Positions 9,553 to 19,125 of a stretch of 64,000 bases of DNA are shown in pieces. Below the pieces are notes generated by a model. It was not told where the DNA came from and did no database searches. It saw only the letters and a program-made list of their open reading frames with translations. This stretch comes from Roseibacillus sp. Its GTDB lineage: Bacteria; Verrucomicrobiota; Verrucomicrobiia; Verrucomicrobiales; Akkermansiaceae. Numbering within the stretch: the stretch's first letter is position 1; every line of letters starts with the position of its first letter. Made by a program: the position numbers and the translations under genes. The stretch covers positions 1 through 64,000 of the forward strand of contig JBPOGI010000006.1 in the NCBI GenBank assembly GCA_051251855.1. The letters are read 5' to 3'.

Positions 9553-10941
9553 ATGACCTTGGTCTTGATATGGGTGGATGATGCTGCAACAGCTGGCTCG
9601 CTGACGTCGGCCCTGGTGGGGGGCGGATATGAGGTGGTGGAGACGGCTGATTTGGAGGGGGCTTTGGTGAAAATGGAAACTTCGGCGGTGGATGCGGTAA
9701 TCTTGGGGTTGGATCTCGCTGGATTGCGGCGTTTGCAGGGAGATTTCCCGATGGTTCCGGCATTGGTGGTCGGTCAGGCAGAAGGGAGTTCGGAGGCGAT
9801 TGCGTTGGTGCAGGCGGGGGCGTTTGATTTTCTGCCGTTGCCGTTTGAGGGAGAAGAATTGTTGGATTTGGTGGGGGAGGCGGTGGCCAGCGCGAGTGAT
9901 GAGGTGGGCTTTGAAGTAGGGGTCAAGGAGGGGGCTGCCGGTGAATTGGTGGGGGGCAGCCGGGCGATGGGGAAGGTCTATCGCGATGTCGCGAAGTTGG
10001 CGGTGACTCCGGTGACGGCTTTGGTGCGGGGGGAGACGGGTACCGGGAAGGAGTTGGTGGCGCGGGCGCTTTGGAAGCATGGCCATCGCGCGCACCGGCC
10101 TCTGGTGGTGGTGAACTGTGCTGCGATTCCAGAGAATCTCTTGGAGAGTGAGCTTTTTGGCTATGAGAAGGGAGCCTTTACGGGGGCGACGGTGGCGCGT
10201 AAGGGGAAATTCGAGCAGGCTAATGGAGGGACCCTGTTTCTCGATGAAATTGGGGATATGAGCCTTCCGCTGCAGGCGAAGATGTTGCGGGTTTTGCAGG
10301 AGAAGCAGATTGAGCGGGTCGGGGGGCGCGGGGAGATTGCAATCGATGTCCGTATCATTGCGGCGACTCATCAGCCGTTGGAGAAGATGGTGGAGGAGGG
10401 GTCGTTTCGGGAAGATTTGTTCTACCGCTTGCAGGCGACGAGTTTGGTGTTGCCCCCTTTGCGTGACCGTTTGGGGGATGTGGAATTGTTGACGCGGCAC
10501 TTCCTGGCGCAGTTGAGTGAGGAGGTGGGGGTAGATGGCAAGATTTCGAAGGAGGCGATTTCGCACCTTGCGCGACAGTCTTGGCCCGGCAATGTGCGGC
10601 AATTGCAGAATGTTCTGCGGAGGTCGCTCTTGAAGCGAAGGGAGTTGGTCATTGGGCGCGATGACGTGGAGGAGTTTCTGGTGGCGGGTGGGCTTGCGAG
10701 CCCCGAGAGTGAAAGGACTTTGCAAGAATTTGCGAGGGAGGCTCTTGATGAGGCCGAACAAGTGGGGGAAGGTAAGGCCTTTCGGGATGTGCTGCGGGAG
10801 GCGGAGAAGACGGTGATTAAGGCTGCATTGGAGCGAAGCGGGGGAAATCAATCGAAGGCGGCCCGTTGGTTGGGAATTACCCGATTGACGTTGAGGGAGA
10901 AGTTGAAGGGAATTCATGTAAAGCAGTCCTCTGGGCTGTGA
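9553..10941 (+). CDS. Sigma-54-dependent enhancer-binding protein (NtrC-like) with atypical receiver domain
   Basis: GETGTGKE, ESELFG.EKGAFTGA, FLDEIG, FREDLFYRL, WPGNVR, C-terminal Fis-type HTH. Confidence 0.93.
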   Translation: MTLVLIWVDDAATAGSLTSALVGGGYEVVETADLEGALVKMETSAVDAVILGLDLAGLRRLQGDFPMVPALVVGQAEGSSEAIALVQAGAFDFLPLPFEGEELLDLVGEAVASASDEVGFEVGVKEGAAGELVGGSRAMGKVYRDVAKLAVTPVTALVRGETGTGKELVARALWKHGHRAHRPLVVVNCAAIPENLLESELFGYEKGAFTGATVARKGKFEQANGGTLFLDEIGDMSLPLQAKMLRVLQEKQIERVGGRGEIAIDVRIIAATHQPLEKMVEEGSFREDLFYRLQATSLVLPPLRDRLGDVELLTRHFLAQLSEEVGVDGKISKEAISHLARQSWPGNVRQLQNVLRRSLLKRRELVIGRDDVEEFLVAGGLASPESERTLQEFAREALDEAEQVGEGKAFRDVLREAEKTVIKAALERSGGNQSKAARWLGITRLTLREKLKGIHVKQSSGL

Positions 10942-11100
10942 GGGTGAATTCAAGCATTCTGATGGGAAAGAAACTGGGGCCAGTCAAGACGACTGGATTC
11001 ACGCTCAGGTGTCAGAGACACGCGCTACGATCTGTGGATAAAGTCTTGAGTTGGTTCGATTCTTCTTTTCAAGGAGGGAGAAGCAGTTTTCGGTCATGCC

Positions 11101-11715
11101 TTGACTGTGAACGAGCCGCGCTACCGACCACCCTACTCACATGAATTTGTTCCTGAGGATTATTATTCGCGTTTGAAGCTAGCGGAGATTTTTGAAAACG
11201 GGGCTCCCTTGGAAGTGGACTTGGGGTCGGGTGATGGTTCTTATACTTTGGCTTTGGCGGAGCATCACGGTGACCGCAATTTTTTGGCGGTGGAACGGCT
11301 TTTGGGGAGGGTGCAGAAGACGTGCCGGGGGGCAAAGGAGCGGGGGTTGACGAATTTGAAGGTGTTGCGATTGGAGTCGGCCTATACCGCGGAGTGGCTT
11401 TTACCTCGTCATTCGGTTTCGCGTCTGCATTTGGTCTGCCCCGATCCGTGGCCTAAGGCGAAGCATCATCGCCGGCGGATGATTCAGCAGGAGTTTCTAC
11501 AGACGGTGCACGATTTGTTAGTTCCGGGCGGGGTCTTTATTTTTAAGACCGATCACGAGGAGTATTTTGAGTGGGCGGAAGAGGAGTTGGCTCAGTTTCC
11601 TAAGTTGGAGGTGACTCCGTTTCCGGAAGAGAATTTTGATCCGAAGTCTGACTTTCAGCTCCAGTGGGAGGCGGAGGGGAAGAGCTTGCAGGTTTTGCAC
11701 TGTGTGAGCGTTTGA
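11101..11715 (+). CDS. trmB: tRNA (guanine-N7)-methyltransferase
   Basis: EVDLGSGDG, PDPWPK.KH.RRR, FKTDH.EY. Confidence 0.93.
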   Translation: MTVNEPRYRPPYSHEFVPEDYYSRLKLAEIFENGAPLEVDLGSGDGSYTLALAEHHGDRNFLAVERLLGRVQKTCRGAKERGLTNLKVLRLESAYTAEWLLPRHSVSRLHLVCPDPWPKAKHHRRRMIQQEFLQTVHDLLVPGGVFIFKTDHEEYFEWAEEELAQFPKLEVTPFPEENFDPKSDFQLQWEAEGKSLQVLHCVSV

Positions 11716-13924
11716 GCACGGTCTCGTGGTTCGTGAGAAAGCCTTCCACAATGAGTTGATTCTTTTTGGGAAGGACAAAGACGGCGCCGTGCTCGCGTTG
11801 GCTGTAGAACGCGATGCCTTTGCTCTCGAGCCATCGTCGCCAGGCGGCGGGGATTTGTTCGGTGTCGGGGTAGGATTGGTCGGTGGCGATGATCACTTGA
11901 GGGGAAATGGCGTTGATGAAGGCATCTTGGCCCATGCTGTCCTTTTGATTACGTCCACAAATCCAAACGTCCGCAGTGAGGTCGATCCCGCTTTCGAGCA
12001 GGGAGCGTTCGGTTTCGTGGCCTGCGTCGGCGGTGATGAGGATTCGCCAATCTTTTTGATGGAGGCGAAGGACGAGTCCTCGGTCGTCGGCGCGTCCGAA
12101 TTTGGGGTTGCCGGTATGGAGCACTTCGAGGTGGGTATTGGTATCAATGGGGTAAACTTGAAGGGGGGCGGCGCGATGGAGGGTGACTCTTTTTTCAAGA
12201 CAAGTGTTGTGGAGTTTTTCGAGGCTATAACGGGGAGCTTCGGGTGGCAGAAGGGCTTGTTTAACGGGAAAGCTGAGAATTGCTGATTGAAGACCTCCGA
12301 TGTGTGAAGCGTCGTTATGGCTGGCAATGATAGAGTCGAAAGAGAGGGCGTGGGCTTCTAGCGCGGGCACCACGTCCCACCAGAAGGTCGCCCTGTTACC
12401 GCCATCGATGAGAGTGCCCCCTCCCGCATCGAGGTGAATAGCCGCTCCTCCGAATCGGATATCAAAAACACAGAGTCCACCTTCCCACGCGGCTGGCTCT
12501 TGGATACGAGTCCAAGCCCCTGGCCATTGGCCCATTTCTTTGGCGGCATGCTGGGCGGATTGGGCTAAGAGGCCATTGGCAGAGTTCAGGGTGTGACTTG
12601 CGGTGGTTGTGAAGCTGCTGACTAGAATGGAGGAGAATGCGATGGCGAGAATGAGAAAGGCTACCATTACCATGAGGACGCTTGCGAAAGCGGCTATGGG
12701 TGTAAACCAGCCAAAGTAGGCAATACTGAGTGGGGCAGAACCCGACCAAGCGGCGAGGGAGACGGTGAACATTTTCCCGACTTTGTTGCGGGACCAATGG
12801 GTGAGGCTTTGCCATGGAGTCCAGACCGGCTTGGGAAGGTAGGCGTCGTGGTCGAGGTAGGGGGCGATTCTCTTCCAAAGGAAAGGTTCCACGAGAAGAA
12901 TGGTGCCTACGACGAGAAAGCTCAATTGAAAGCCTGCTTGCCAGAGTTGAAAGCTATTGAAGGAAAGCACCACGATGGCGGCAGCGAAGAGATTGTTGAC
13001 CACGGAAGGGCGGCGCAAGAGGAGAAAGCGACCAAGAACGAGAGTGCCCATGAGAGCTGCGCGCAGTGCGGGTGGTCGTAATCCGGTAATGAAGGCATAG
13101 CCGACCATGGCTAAAATCGTGATCCACATGAGGAGGCGCGGCGGTAGCCGGAGAAGGCGGCCGATACCGTAGGTAATGAGGGCGACGAGGCCAACATGTA
13201 GGCCGCTGACGGCGAAGATATGCATGGTGCCGGTCTTGCGAAAGTCTTCGAAGGCTTTGCTGCCTGAGGCTTTTTCGCCAAGGACAACCGCTCGCACAAC
13301 ATCGGCTTGTTCTCGATGATGGATTCCGGAGGTGACGCGTTGGGCGAGGGCATGCCGAATGTCTTCGGACCATCCTCGCATGAGAGGAAAGCCGCGGGAC
13401 CAACCGGCTGGGTGTGCCGAGGTGACTGCTAGGGAGCCAGCGATGCCTTTCTTCCAAAGAGTTTCTTGAGGGTCCCATCCCACCGGATTGCGAGGAAGGC
13501 GAGGTTGGATGGGGGTTCCAATGACGAATAACTTTTGACCAGTCTGAAAGTGTTCAGGGAGGTCTACTAGAATCAAGCGGGCGCCAGCTTCCGTTTGAAA
13601 AAGCCTCTGCACTAACCCAGCGGCATTGGTTTCGATGAGGGTGCCAGAAAGGATGCGCTCTTGATCTTGTTGAAGTAGACTCGCCAGCTCAGCGCGTCGC
13701 TCGTATCTCTGGTGATGAACGAGCCCTAGCAGAAGAGCGAAGACCGCCCCTGCAACAAAGGGTGGTTTTTGTCGTAAGAGGCCGCCATAAATTCCTGCGA
13801 CGATCAGCGCGACGAGGAGGGGCCAAAGGTTGTATTCAGCCGCCAAGATTCCCAACACTGCTCCCAAGAAGGGAAAGAGCAGGGGACAGCGCCCCAGAGG
13901 GGGGAGGGCGGTGGGAGTCTTCAC
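11600..13924 (-). CDS. comEC: ComEC/Rec2 competence protein
   Basis: HIFAVSGLHV, RAALM, GFQLSF; multiple TM helices; C-terminal metallo-beta-lactamase-like domain. Confidence 0.9.
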   Translation of the reverse strand: MKTPTALPPLGRCPLLFPFLGAVLGILAAEYNLWPLLVALIVAGIYGGLLRQKPPFVAGAVFALLLGLVHHQRYERRAELASLLQQDQERILSGTLIETNAAGLVQRLFQTEAGARLILVDLPEHFQTGQKLFVIGTPIQPRLPRNPVGWDPQETLWKKGIAGSLAVTSAHPAGWSRGFPLMRGWSEDIRHALAQRVTSGIHHREQADVVRAVVLGEKASGSKAFEDFRKTGTMHIFAVSGLHVGLVALITYGIGRLLRLPPRLLMWITILAMVGYAFITGLRPPALRAALMGTLVLGRFLLLRRPSVVNNLFAAAIVVLSFNSFQLWQAGFQLSFLVVGTILLVEPFLWKRIAPYLDHDAYLPKPVWTPWQSLTHWSRNKVGKMFTVSLAAWSGSAPLSIAYFGWFTPIAAFASVLMVMVAFLILAIAFSSILVSSFTTTASHTLNSANGLLAQSAQHAAKEMGQWPGAWTRIQEPAAWEGGLCVFDIRFGGAAIHLDAGGGTLIDGGNRATFWWDVVPALEAHALSFDSIIASHNDASHIGGLQSAILSFPVKQALLPPEAPRYSLEKLHNTCLEKRVTLHRAAPLQVYPIDTNTHLEVLHTGNPKFGRADDRGLVLRLHQKDWRILITADAGHETERSLLESGIDLTADVWICGRNQKDSMGQDAFINAISPQVIIATDQSYPDTEQIPAAWRRWLESKGIAFYSQREHGAVFVLPKKNQLIVEGFLTNHETVLKRSHSAKPASSSPPPPTGAESQTSDQNSLPETESPPT

Positions 13925-14718
13925 GATTCGCCCATCTCATGCAGCTTGTGCATGGCGTTGGCATAGTGGCGAGTTTTGGGGAACTTTTCCATCACCTCGC
14001 GGAGGAGGGCAACGGCTTGGGCATGCTGATCAAGGTCGTTCTCGTAGATTTCGATTTTGCGAAAGAGGAAAAAGGCTTCATCGTTTTCTCTCCATCCACC
14101 ACGAGCGAGCGCGTTGTCGAGGGTTTGGAGGGCCAGGTTAGGATTTTCAAGACGTTCCCTTTGCAGCATAGCAATCTCCACCCAAGGAAGGCGGTTTGAG
14201 GGGTCGTCGACGGCCGCCTGTTGATAGGAGGCAATGGCTTGGTCCCAGTCGCCTTGAGCGACATTAGCCTGTGCTTGGCTGAGTGGACTGGGGGGGCCCA
14301 CCTTCTCGGTGGATCCGTAAACCTCCTCGGAGGCCTTCTGCACGAGATTGGGGAGAACGTAGGAGACGATGAGGAAGCCCACAAAGATTCCGGTACCAAT
14401 AAAGAGGGCAAAAGTAATGAGGGGGCTGCCTTCATCATTTTCGCCGAGATATTTATCGTAGGCAGAAATGAGCTGAGGAGAGGGCTCGCCACCGTCGCCG
14501 AGTTGTTCGCGGGTAAGTTGAGTCCCTTCCTCGTAAAGGGGTATGAGCGAACCTTCATTAGGGTCGATATCGAACCGTCCCGTGTCGACAAGCATTTCAA
14601 TCTCGTCGTTCGAGAGGGTGGTGCCATTTTCAGATTTCTTCGAGGACTTCGCCGAGATTACGGTGGCGGTGATGAGGCCAACGAGAATAAGGAGGTAGAG
14701 AATCAGTTTTTTATCCAT
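13921..14718 (-). CDS. Membrane-anchored TPR-containing protein
   Basis: Two TM segments, then TPR-like helices (AQGDWDQAIASYQQA; AVALLREVMEKFP); GTGA overlap with comEC start. Confidence 0.7.
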   Translation of the reverse strand: MDKKLILYLLILVGLITATVISAKSSKKSENGTTLSNDEIEMLVDTGRFDIDPNEGSLIPLYEEGTQLTREQLGDGGEPSPQLISAYDKYLGENDEGSPLITFALFIGTGIFVGFLIVSYVLPNLVQKASEEVYGSTEKVGPPSPLSQAQANVAQGDWDQAIASYQQAAVDDPSNRLPWVEIAMLQRERLENPNLALQTLDNALARGGWRENDEAFFLFRKIEIYENDLDQHAQAVALLREVMEKFPKTRHYANAMHKLHEMGES

Positions 14719-14795
14719 ACGATCTAGCGAGTAGCTTAGCGGGTATGGAATCAGAAGGGAATGAAGAAATAGAGAGGGTTGAGACCTCTAGACAC

Positions 14796-14827
14796 AAAAA
14801 GACCGCGAGGTTGTCGCGGTCTTTTTT
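14796..14827. terminator. Bidirectional intrinsic terminator
   Basis: AAAAA-GACCGCGA-loop-TCGCGGTC-TTTTTT, downstream of the micro-lipoprotein cluster. Confidence 0.8.
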
Positions 14828-14851
14828 CGAAAAATGGAGATTGGGAGAGGA

Positions 14852-15016
14852 TTACTTGGAGTAATCAACGACGGGGGCAGGACCATTGAAGTTAGGGAGA
14901 GGACGCAAGCCTGGGACAGGATCCTCGCCTGTGCAACAGCTGTTACTACAAGAAGTGAGTCCCAGTGCTCCAGCTGCTACTGCAGCTGCCATCGTAATTT
15001 TGAGAAATAATTTCAT
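14852..15016 (-). CDS. Micro-lipoprotein 3 (54 aa; not in ORF track)
   Basis: Hand translation MKLFLKITMAAAVAAGALGLTSCSNSCCTGEDPVPGLRPLPNFNGPAPVVDYSK*; lipobox LTSC. Confidence 0.75.
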   Translation of the reverse strand: MKLFLKITMAAAVAAGALGLTSCSNSCCTGEDPVPGLRPLPNFNGPAPVVDYSK

Positions 15017-15063
15017 CGTTGGTGTGGTCTCTTTTGCGCCCTTGGGCGTTGACTAGCAATATC

Positions 15064-15099
15064 AAAAAACAAGCTGGAGCCTTTTGCAAGGCTCCAGCT
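15064..15099 (-). terminator. Intrinsic terminator (minus strand)
   Basis: 12-bp stem AGCTGGAGCCTT/AAGGCTCCAGCT with an A-run at 15064-15069 (U-tract on the - strand). Confidence 0.75.
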
Positions 15100-15128
15100 C
15101 GAAACAATTCACTTAATTTTCGGTAGCT

Positions 15129-15254
15129 TTACTTACCAATGGTGACGCTAGGAACAGCGCTAGGAGCCATTGGCAATGGGTCGTTCCCACCACAAGAGGT
15201 GAGTGAGAGGCCGGCAAGAGCAGCGAGAACAGCAACAATCTTTGCAACTTTCAT
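15129..15254 (-). CDS. Micro-lipoprotein 2 (41 aa; not in ORF track)
   Basis: Hand translation MKVAKIVAVLAALAGLSLTSCGGNDPLPMAPSAVPSVTIGK*; lipobox LTSC. Confidence 0.75.
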   Translation of the reverse strand: MKVAKIVAVLAALAGLSLTSCGGNDPLPMAPSAVPSVTIGK

Positions 15255-15328
15255 ATTCGTTATTTGATGTTTTATTGGTTTTCACATGAGCGAAATCGGA
15301 CAGTCCAATTTCACCAGAGAGTGTTTAA

Positions 15329-15451
15329 TTACTTAACAGGAGCGACGTAGGTCGGCGCAGAAGAAACGGGAGCGGGAGCGCTGCCGCCGCAACAGCTGTT
15401 AAGAGTGGCGAGTCCAGCGAGGACGGAAAGAAGAATAAGTGCTTTTTTCAT
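15329..15451 (-). CDS. Micro-lipoprotein 1 (40 aa)
   Basis: MKKALILLSVLAGLATLNSCCGGSAPAPVSSAPTYVAPVK*; ATG at 15451; lipobox-like LNSC. Confidence 0.75.
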   Translation of the reverse strand: MKKALILLSVLAGLATLNSCCGGSAPAPVSSAPTYVAPVK

Positions 15452-15658
15452 GATATTAGTTTGTTCCTGATATTTTGCCTTACAGAAGGTTCTGTTGGTG
15501 CGGGCGAGCCAGACACTACTTTTTTTCTCTCTCAAGGCAAGTGGTTTGTCGATTTTCTCTGACTGTAATTTTTAACATTCAGGAAGACGTTTAATCGGAA
15601 GCAATTGGCATGCCGAAGGTTGCATCAGAGTGAACTTTCCGTATGGTGCGCCCGTCCA

Positions 15659-16669
15659 ATGAAGCAACCACCCCACATCGCTATTGCCGGTGCCACTGGC
15701 GCGGTCGGCATCGAAATGCTCAACTGTATCGTTGAGCAACAGGTCCCGTATTCTCAGCTCACTCTCCTTGCCTCTGCACGTTCGGCGGGCAAGGTGGTCT
15801 CCTTTCAAGGGGAAGACTTGGTAGTGAAGGAGCTGACCAAGGATGCGTTTGAGGGGGTGGATATTGCCCTCTTTTCTGCGGGAGGTGGGATTTCATTGGA
15901 ATTTGCTCCTCATGCGGCGGCGGCGGGCGCGATTGTGATCGATAATTCATCAGCCTTTCGGATGGACCCCGAGGTTCCCTTGGTTGTTCCTGAAATCAAC
16001 CCCGAGGCGGCCAAAAATACTCCGAAGGGCATCATTGCGAATCCGAATTGCACCACGATTATTTCGTTGATGGCTTTAGCGCCGCTCCATCGTGCTTTTG
16101 GATTGAAGTCGATCATTGCGTCTTCCTATCAGGCTGTGTCCGGTTCTGGTGCTGCTGGAATTACTGAGCTGGATTCTCAAATCGCGGCTTTGGCGAGTGG
16201 AGGAGAAATTAAGAAGGAGGTCTATCCTCATCAAATTGCCTCTAACGTCATTCCTCACGTCGACGTTTTTCAAGAAGGCGGTTACACGAAAGAGGAGCAG
16301 AAGATGCTCAACGAGTCGCGTAAAATTTTAGGTTCTCCGGATTTGAAGGTGACTTGCACTTGTGTGCGAGTGCCGGTGCATCGTTCGCACTCGGTTTCGA
16401 TTTCGGCTCAGTTTGAAAAGCCGGTTACGGTTGCGGCGGCGCAAGCGGTTTATGGGGAAGCGACTCCTGGGGTGAAGCTTTGTGATGATCCTTCTGCCGA
16501 ACTCTACCCGACGCCTCTCGATACTTCTGGTAAAGACGATTGTCTTGTGGGTCGTATGCGTATGGACCAAGTGTTGGACAATGCCCTCGCGCTTTGGGTG
16601 GTCGGTGACCAGGTGAAGAAGGGTGCGGCCCTGAACGCGGTGCAGATTGCGAAGTTGCTCTTGAGCTAG
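15659..16669 (+). CDS. asd: Aspartate-semialdehyde dehydrogenase
   Basis: GATGAVG, IDNSSAFRM, IANPNCTT, YQAVSGSG, KGAALNAVQIA. Confidence 0.96.
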   Translation: MKQPPHIAIAGATGAVGIEMLNCIVEQQVPYSQLTLLASARSAGKVVSFQGEDLVVKELTKDAFEGVDIALFSAGGGISLEFAPHAAAAGAIVIDNSSAFRMDPEVPLVVPEINPEAAKNTPKGIIANPNCTTIISLMALAPLHRAFGLKSIIASSYQAVSGSGAAGITELDSQIAALASGGEIKKEVYPHQIASNVIPHVDVFQEGGYTKEEQKMLNESRKILGSPDLKVTCTCVRVPVHRSHSVSISAQFEKPVTVAAAQAVYGEATPGVKLCDDPSAELYPTPLDTSGKDDCLVGRMRMDQVLDNALALWVVGDQVKKGAALNAVQIAKLLLS

Positions 16670-16724
16670 GGTTGGCTTTTAGGGAACTGGAGACGGTCGA
16701 GTTAGCGCGTCGCCTTATTTCTCC

Positions 16725-18218
16725 CTACTCAGCGATTTCGACGGCGTGGTAGTAGAGGCGTTGGCCTTCGAGGGGGTGGTTGGCTTGGCTGCGGAATTGG
16801 CTGAGGTCGATTTCGTGGAGATAGCCTTTTCTGACTTCGAGGGTTAGCTCCAGGGTTTTGTTATTCTCGCCAGGATAGAGGCTGGTGACGGGAACGGAGG
16901 AGGGGTCCGTTTTGGGGGAGCCGTATTTGGCGTGGTATTGGTAGCGGTAACGGGTGATGGGCGGAGACTCGGGGTCGTCTGCGAGGGGTTGACTGAAGGT
17001 GAGAGTGAGCTTTTGCTCGTCGCCGTCTTTGCTGAGCTTGCAGGAGGTGACGGTGAAGATGTCTGCGGGAGGGGCTTTGATGCTGATGAGCCCGCTGGAG
17101 CCGGCCCAGGAGAGGCGCGTTTTGCCAATCCAGAGGGTGCCGTCTTTGTCGAAGGCGAAACGGTGGTTGCCGTTGCCGAGGTCGTCGGGCTGGTCGATGA
17201 AGGGGAGGGTGGCGCCTTGCGAGAACCCGTTGACTTCGTCCGCGAGGTAGCGCACGAGGCGCTTTTGGCTCATGTCGCCGATTAGGATTTGGCCAGCGTA
17301 GGGTCCCCAGGATTCGGGGATGACGATGGGTTGGGTGGGGGAGTTGGCGAGCTCGCCTTGGGGGAAAAGGGCGCTGGCGGGGGTGCGCAGGGCGTCGAGT
17401 TTTTCGGCGGACATTTTGAGGGGGTCGCGGCCGTCCCAGTCTTTTTTCCAGATGAGGGAGGCGGTGTGACCGTAGTGCTTTCCTGCTTCGACGGTATAAA
17501 GGGGGGAGGTGCCGATCCAGTCGCCTTGGTTGTCGGTGACGAGGAGGCGGCCTTGAGCATCGAAGCCGACTCCATCAGGGGAGCGGAAGCCGCTGGCGAA
17601 GGGGGTGGTGGTGCCGTCGGGGTCGATTTTGAGAATCCAGCCCCGGTGAGGCACGCGGGCATACATGCGGCCGGCTTTACCCTTGATTTTGTCCCATGAT
17701 TCTTTGCTGGGGTTGGTCATCTCTTCTTGGCTGAGCTCGCCGATATCCGACCATTCGCCACGCACTTCTTCGCGGATGCCGGCTCCGTTGGAGGCGACGT
17801 TGAGGCCGACATAGTAGGCACCATCGGGCCCTTTGGCGGGGCCGAAGGCGAACTCGTGGTAGTTGCCGGTCATGCCGAAATCAGCGCTGACGGTGAGGTA
17901 GCTGTCTGCGAGGCCGTCGCCATCGGTGTCGCTGATGCGGGTGAGCTCGGGGCGCTGCATGACGAGGAAGTCATCGCCTTCTTGGATAAGCCCGAGAGGT
18001 TCGTGGAGGCCGCGCGCGAATTCGGTCCAAGTGCTACTGGAAGGCTCGAAGAAAAGAATTTCTCCGCGGTGGAAGGCGGCGGCGATGCGGCCATCGGGGA
18101 GGATGGTGAGGCCGCCGATTTGAGGGTCGATGGCGACGGGGTTGGGGTGCTTGGTGATCTCGAAGAGAGGAGCGCCCTGCAAGGGAAGGAGGGCGAGAAG
18201 TGAGAGGAGAGTTTTCAT
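16725..18218 (-). CDS. Secreted DUF7133-like/sorbosone-dehydrogenase-like beta-propeller protein
   Basis: Signal peptide; GLHEPLG, QRPELTRI.DTDGDG.AD, NYHEFAFG, GFRSPDG, TDNQGDW; adjacent cytochrome c gene. Confidence 0.7.
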   Translation of the reverse strand: MKTLLSLLALLPLQGAPLFEITKHPNPVAIDPQIGGLTILPDGRIAAAFHRGEILFFEPSSSTWTEFARGLHEPLGLIQEGDDFLVMQRPELTRISDTDGDGLADSYLTVSADFGMTGNYHEFAFGPAKGPDGAYYVGLNVASNGAGIREEVRGEWSDIGELSQEEMTNPSKESWDKIKGKAGRMYARVPHRGWILKIDPDGTTTPFASGFRSPDGVGFDAQGRLLVTDNQGDWIGTSPLYTVEAGKHYGHTASLIWKKDWDGRDPLKMSAEKLDALRTPASALFPQGELANSPTQPIVIPESWGPYAGQILIGDMSQKRLVRYLADEVNGFSQGATLPFIDQPDDLGNGNHRFAFDKDGTLWIGKTRLSWAGSSGLISIKAPPADIFTVTSCKLSKDGDEQKLTLTFSQPLADDPESPPITRYRYQYHAKYGSPKTDPSSVPVTSLYPGENNKTLELTLEVRKGYLHEIDLSQFRSQANHPLEGQRLYYHAVEIAE

Positions 18219-18238
18219 GTGGGTAGGAAAGAGTCTGA

Positions 18239-19099
18239 TTACCATTTGAGGTCGATGATGAGTTCGCCGGGACCGGTGAGTTGGACTGCGTTCTTTTCGC
18301 TACGGAGAAGCTCGAATTCGAGGGGGGAATCACTGGCGAAGGTTCGCTCCAAGCCATCACCGTCGGGGTTGACTACGATGCGTTCGGTGATGGTGTTGCC
18401 GCTGAGTTGGTAGCGGAAGGTAGGGATGCCGGAGGGGTCGAGAGTGTAGCCAAGGAATTTGGGTTTGGCTTCTTGTTCGGTATTAGGAAGGGCGATTGGG
18501 AATTTTTCTTCACGGTAGATGACTTCGCCTTGGAGGTTGGCCTTGGCGTTGCCGTTGCTTTGCCAATAGGGCCAAGCGGCCATGAAGTTTTTGTTTTTCC
18601 AGACGTATCGCAGGCGGCATTGAGCGGTGTCGTAGCAGAAGTTGAGGTCGTCATCGCCACCGGGGAGGGCGACTGCGATGGAGGCGGGCGAGGAGTCGGG
18701 CATGAAGAAGCGTTGCACGATGGGTCGCTGGGCAATGGAGGGGAAGAAGTCGTGCCTCTTCCCTTTGGGAACGGGTTTCTCTTTCTTTCCTTTGGTGGTG
18801 TCGAGGAGGTAGGCGTGAATGGCCTTGAGATTGTCTTCACCGACATGAGCCATGGCAGGCATTTCGACCGCGTTGGGGCGCCGCTTGCCAGGCTCCAAAC
18901 ACCATTTGATAAAACCAGCCTGGTCCTTTTGATAAATCGCTGCGATTTCAACCATGGAGGGACCGACAAGCATGTGGTCGGGTTGATGGCAGGCGGTGCA
19001 ATGAGTTTGAAATTGAGTCTCGCCAAGTTTGAGATCTTGGGCCGTAAGGAGCGATGCGAGCGCGCTGAGCGCTAGGATTGGAATTGGAAAAGAAACCAT
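18239..19099 (-). CDS. c-type cytochrome domain protein
   Basis: Signal peptide, CTACH heme motif, VGP, distal MPAM. Confidence 0.85.
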   Translation of the reverse strand: MVSFPIPILALSALASLLTAQDLKLGETQFQTHCTACHQPDHMLVGPSMVEIAAIYQKDQAGFIKWCLEPGKRRPNAVEMPAMAHVGEDNLKAIHAYLLDTTKGKKEKPVPKGKRHDFFPSIAQRPIVQRFFMPDSSPASIAVALPGGDDDLNFCYDTAQCRLRYVWKNKNFMAAWPYWQSNGNAKANLQGEVIYREEKFPIALPNTEQEAKPKFLGYTLDPSGIPTFRYQLSGNTITERIVVNPDGDGLERTFASDSPLEFELLRSEKNAVQLTGPGELIIDLKW

Positions 19100-19125
19100 C
19101 GTCTTGGGAGACGTCAGGACCGCCC

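Noticed and set aside
10942..11070. Structured-looking intergenic region with GGTTCGATTC (11053-11062), possible tRNA or riboswitch
   Set aside because: The T-arm flanks do not pair and no cloverleaf or aptamer consensus could be built; only short hairpins are present.
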